Shown: one piece after another, positions 60,974-64,000 of the stretch
Position numbering within the stretch: position 1 is the first letter of the stretch
Layout: each line of letters begins with the position of its first letter
Notes under the pieces: generated by a model
What the model was told of the DNA's origin: nothing
Databases searched by the model: none
Seen by the model: the letters and a program-made list of their open reading frames with translations, nothing else
From: an uncultured candidate division Zixibacteria bacterium
GTDB taxonomy: Bacteria; Zixibacteria; MSB-5A5; GN15; PGXB01
Length of the DNA: 64,000 nucleotides
Assembly: GCA_963702205.1 (NCBI GenBank)
Contig: OY969724.1
Coordinates: 1,024,001 to 1,088,000, forward strand
Reading direction: 5' to 3'
Translations under genes and position numbers: made by a program

Positions 60974-61615
60974 ATGTTTGACGAAATTGAAATCAAATTG
61001 GATTTACAGGGTGCCGAAAATTTCAACTTGCTTTTGGAAAAACTCGGTCCACCCGTCGGCCATAGTGATCAGGTCAATCATTTCTTCGACACGGCCGGGT
61101 TTGATCTGCTTAAATCAGGTTGGGCCCTGAGATTAAGGCTGGTCAACGAGCACTGCACCCTGACATTAAAAGGTCCCGGACAAGGGCTGAATACCGGTTT
61201 GTCAATCCGACCCGAGTATGAAACCGCTTTCGACTGTGATAGGCTCGATCATATTATAAAAGACGGTCTGTCCCCCGGCACCTGTCCGGGATTAATCCGT
61301 AAGCAGCTTGAATACCTGAGTATTGCCGAAACCATGACCCGCATTCTGGTTTTTAAAAATCAGCGTACCGCTGTGGTACCCCATGGGCTTGAAGGGGACA
61401 GAAAGATTATGCTGGACAAAACAACTTTCCCCGACGAGTCCGTCGAATACGAACTCGAAATGGAACTCGACCGGCCCGATGATTTCCCGAAAGCTTTTGA
61501 AATGCTGAAAAGGCTCCTGCAAAATCTTGAGGTCCCGGTTAAGATCATGACAGACAGCAAATTCGCGCGGGCCCTGAAAAGGACGAATTTGGATCATTTA
61601 TACCGGGAAACTTGA
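60974..61615 (+). CDS. CYTH-domain (triphosphate tunnel) protein
   Basis: EIEIK; QVNHFFDT; ALRLR; LTLK; YELEME; SKFAR. Confidence 0.85.
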   Translation: MFDEIEIKLDLQGAENFNLLLEKLGPPVGHSDQVNHFFDTAGFDLLKSGWALRLRLVNEHCTLTLKGPGQGLNTGLSIRPEYETAFDCDRLDHIIKDGLSPGTCPGLIRKQLEYLSIAETMTRILVFKNQRTAVVPHGLEGDRKIMLDKTTFPDESVEYELEMELDRPDDFPKAFEMLKRLLQNLEVPVKIMTDSKFARALKRTNLDHLYRET

Positions 61616-61674
61616 GCCGGTCGAAATGTAAAATAGATTGCCTTGTGATTAACCGAAAACTGCAGGAGGATTGA

Positions 61675-62598
61675 ATGAAGCGAACAGCAGTAACGGCCAT
61701 ACTGGTGCCGCTAACGGCGTCGATTTGTCTGGCGGCACTTCCCCCTGACAAAACCCCGGGACAAACTTCCAAAGACACATCCGAAATTGCCAAAAAAAAA
61801 CCACCCGAACACGCCCCCAACAAATTGTATCCTTTTTCTTTCAATTACGATGAAAATTTTACCATTCTGCGTCTATTCCCAACTCCTGAAGGATATGAAA
61901 GATACTCAGAAAGCAAGATGTCGAAATATCAGGCCTGGCTGACCAATATGCCGGTTTGGCCCGATTATTACACCGTTGCGTTGTGGAACGAGTATGATAC
62001 CGTCAAAGCCGGGCGCGTCGCTGCGATCCTCGACCTGGGAGTCAGGACACCGAACCAGACCGATGTAAACATTCCGCTTCAACTGCTCTGGACCGCGCGG
62101 CGGGTGTTCAACAAACAAAACGAGATAGAATATATTTTGTCTCCCAAAGATACGATTACCTATGACCACTGGCTTTCCGGTAAGTACGGTTTCGACGGAG
62201 CGGGCAATCTCATCTTCAAGGAAGGTACCAAGCGCGAGCATTCTGACAGGGACTACTTCCGCTTTCTTGAATTCGCCATGCACCAGAACACGCCCGAACT
62301 GCTTGCCTATAACAGCAGAAAAGTCGATCCGAAAAATATAGCGCCGGGAGATCTCTATATTCAATACAAAGACGCCAAAACCGACTCGGTCGGCCATACG
62401 GCTATCATCCTCGACGTTTGCATCAATAAATCAGGAGATATGCTGGTAATTCCGGCCTGGGGCGGCAATCCCGCTCAATCGGTCTTTGTTCCGAAGTCAT
62501 CGAATCCCGAATTTGGACCCTGGATGACCCCGGATGAACTCAAAGACCGACTGGCCGCATACGGTCCCGGTCAGTTCTATAATTTCGCCCGCAAGTAA
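61675..62598 (+). CDS. Secreted DUF4846-like protein
   Basis: Signal peptide; FPTPEGYER...WL; IAPGDLYIQ...GHTAIILDV...PAQS. Confidence 0.6.
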   Translation: MKRTAVTAILVPLTASICLAALPPDKTPGQTSKDTSEIAKKKPPEHAPNKLYPFSFNYDENFTILRLFPTPEGYERYSESKMSKYQAWLTNMPVWPDYYTVALWNEYDTVKAGRVAAILDLGVRTPNQTDVNIPLQLLWTARRVFNKQNEIEYILSPKDTITYDHWLSGKYGFDGAGNLIFKEGTKREHSDRDYFRFLEFAMHQNTPELLAYNSRKVDPKNIAPGDLYIQYKDAKTDSVGHTAIILDVCINKSGDMLVIPAWGGNPAQSVFVPKSSNPEFGPWMTPDELKDRLAAYGPGQFYNFARK

Positions 62599-62642
62599 TT
62601 TTTGAGTTTACCGACGGTTTCCTGCTCGTTATCTTGTAACTG

Positions 62643-63857
62643 ATGGGCCGGAAACCGTTTTTATATATCCTCGGGATCGCGCTGGCGGCGTTGATCTTTT
62701 CCTGTGGTACTCTTACCGCACGAACCTTCACCGTTGAGCGCGGCTCCGACTTACAGGCCGTCATTGACTATGCCGGTGACGGCGACACTATAATTGTCGG
62801 ACCGAAAACTTTCACCGCCAATACCGTATATTTCACCGATTCTCTGTGCGGCAACTGCGCCGAGCATAAAACCGACGTGAAAGCTTCCTATGGCTTTATT
62901 GTCAAAAACAAATCGCTGAGTATTGTCGGCACCGATCGCGGGGAAACCGAACTGGTGACCAACGCCGGTTACGGGCTGTTTTTCGTCAATTCGCCCAATT
63001 CTTCACTTATGCATCTGACCATCACCGGCGGGAAGCGCGATACCGATGGCAACGCCACCGACGCCGGAATCGTCGTCCGCAACAGCCGGGTGACAATACA
63101 GTTCTGCGATATTGTCGACAACACCAACCGCATTGACAGCGTCACGGTCGGTATCGGTGGCATCTTTGGCCGCGAGGGAGCGGAACTGATTGTCGACCAT
63201 TGCCGTCTCGATAATAATACCTGGGACGGCATCGCGCTCTATCGCGGGGCATCGGCAGTCATCACCGACTGTGAAATCAGCAACGGGCGCGGCGCCGGTA
63301 TCGGCGCCACCTGGGATGCCTCGTGCCTGGCCTATCGCAATAAGATTTCCGGTTACTGGAAGGGTATCGGCGCTTTCGGAACGTCGTGGGTGGTGGCTCA
63401 TAACAACGTCGTTTTCGACAATCTCGGCTGGGGGATAATCGCCACCGGCAGTGCCTATATGGATATCTCCAATAATCTCGTTCGCCACAACGGCAACTGC
63501 GGCGTCGCTCCCTGGTCGACCGAAAGCCGGGGTCGAATCGTCAATAATATCATCGTCAAAAACGGCTGGCGCAAAGAATGGGTCTGTCCGTGTGTCGGCG
63601 TCTGGAATTACGGCGACTGGGCCAAGTGGAATTTCTCGTACAATATCGTCTGGGACAACAAAGAGGGCAACTATCGCGATATATGGGACCAGACCGATAT
63701 AAACGGCAATCTTTCGGTCGATCCGAAATTTGTCGACGACTCCTCGCTGGTGCTTCAGCCCGATTCTCCGGTTATCGACGCCGGTGATCCCGATTTGTCC
63801 GACCCCGACGGAACCTGCTCCGATATCGGAATATGGGGCGGTCCCCAGGCAAAATAG
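62643..63857 (+). CDS. Secreted right-handed parallel beta-helix protein
   Basis: Signal peptide; LQAVID.A.DGD; PbH1 N/G repeats; DPKFVD...SP.IDAGDP...DIG.WGG. Confidence 0.85.
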   Translation: MGRKPFLYILGIALAALIFSCGTLTARTFTVERGSDLQAVIDYAGDGDTIIVGPKTFTANTVYFTDSLCGNCAEHKTDVKASYGFIVKNKSLSIVGTDRGETELVTNAGYGLFFVNSPNSSLMHLTITGGKRDTDGNATDAGIVVRNSRVTIQFCDIVDNTNRIDSVTVGIGGIFGREGAELIVDHCRLDNNTWDGIALYRGASAVITDCEISNGRGAGIGATWDASCLAYRNKISGYWKGIGAFGTSWVVAHNNVVFDNLGWGIIATGSAYMDISNNLVRHNGNCGVAPWSTESRGRIVNNIIVKNGWRKEWVCPCVGVWNYGDWAKWNFSYNIVWDNKEGNYRDIWDQTDINGNLSVDPKFVDDSSLVLQPDSPVIDAGDPDLSDPDGTCSDIGIWGGPQAK

Positions 63858-64000
63858 AGTTTTCTTCATTTTCCAGTTCAAAATTTGACCATAATTAGCC
63901 CCTCGCGAAATGTGTTTCCACGATCTTCCGATAATTCTTCAAAAGGGCAATTAATCTCCATTTCAAGGAGGGCTTTGGTGAGAAAATTACATCTGCTCCT

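Overview
Bacterial chromosomal window. Repeated C-terminal 'QNYPNPFNP...KMVLLK' FlgD-Ig sorting domains, a group-II-like GGGP synthase and multiheme cytochromes suggest an FCB-group organism, possibly Zixibacteria (inference only). 0-6.4 kb: respiratory genes, namely a Rieske/cytochrome b/9-heme cytochrome c operon and a convergent 11-heme c + diheme b (CbcL-like) fusion. 6.6-47.3 kb: accessory mosaic ending at a tRNA-Asp gene. It holds secreted beta-propeller and FlgD-tail proteins, a PadR module, a Ser/Thr kinase-TPR gene, a 7-gene DUF4402-like chaperone-usher pilus cluster, a duplicated OmpR regulator with a truncated kinase, a sigma-54 driven Trk/K+ operon and an OmpR/HK-PepSY-TolC-MFP-RND cluster. 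47.3-64 kb: core genes (tRNA-Asp/Val, gmhA, GGGPS, alaS, recX, M16 peptidase, secD, secF and others). The top finding is an in-frame UGA in the kinase gene. It lies in a Cys-x-x-UGA motif, is followed by an fdhF-like SECIS hairpin and precedes 63 more codons of family-typical C-terminus, so this is a candidate selenocysteine-containing receptor kinase. Also notable: a signal-bearing uORF before secD (candidate arrest peptide), an apparent ATC start for alaS, and three +1 G insertions all directly 5' of GTAC (probable methylation-linked sequencing artefact). All calls are by eye; no searches were run.
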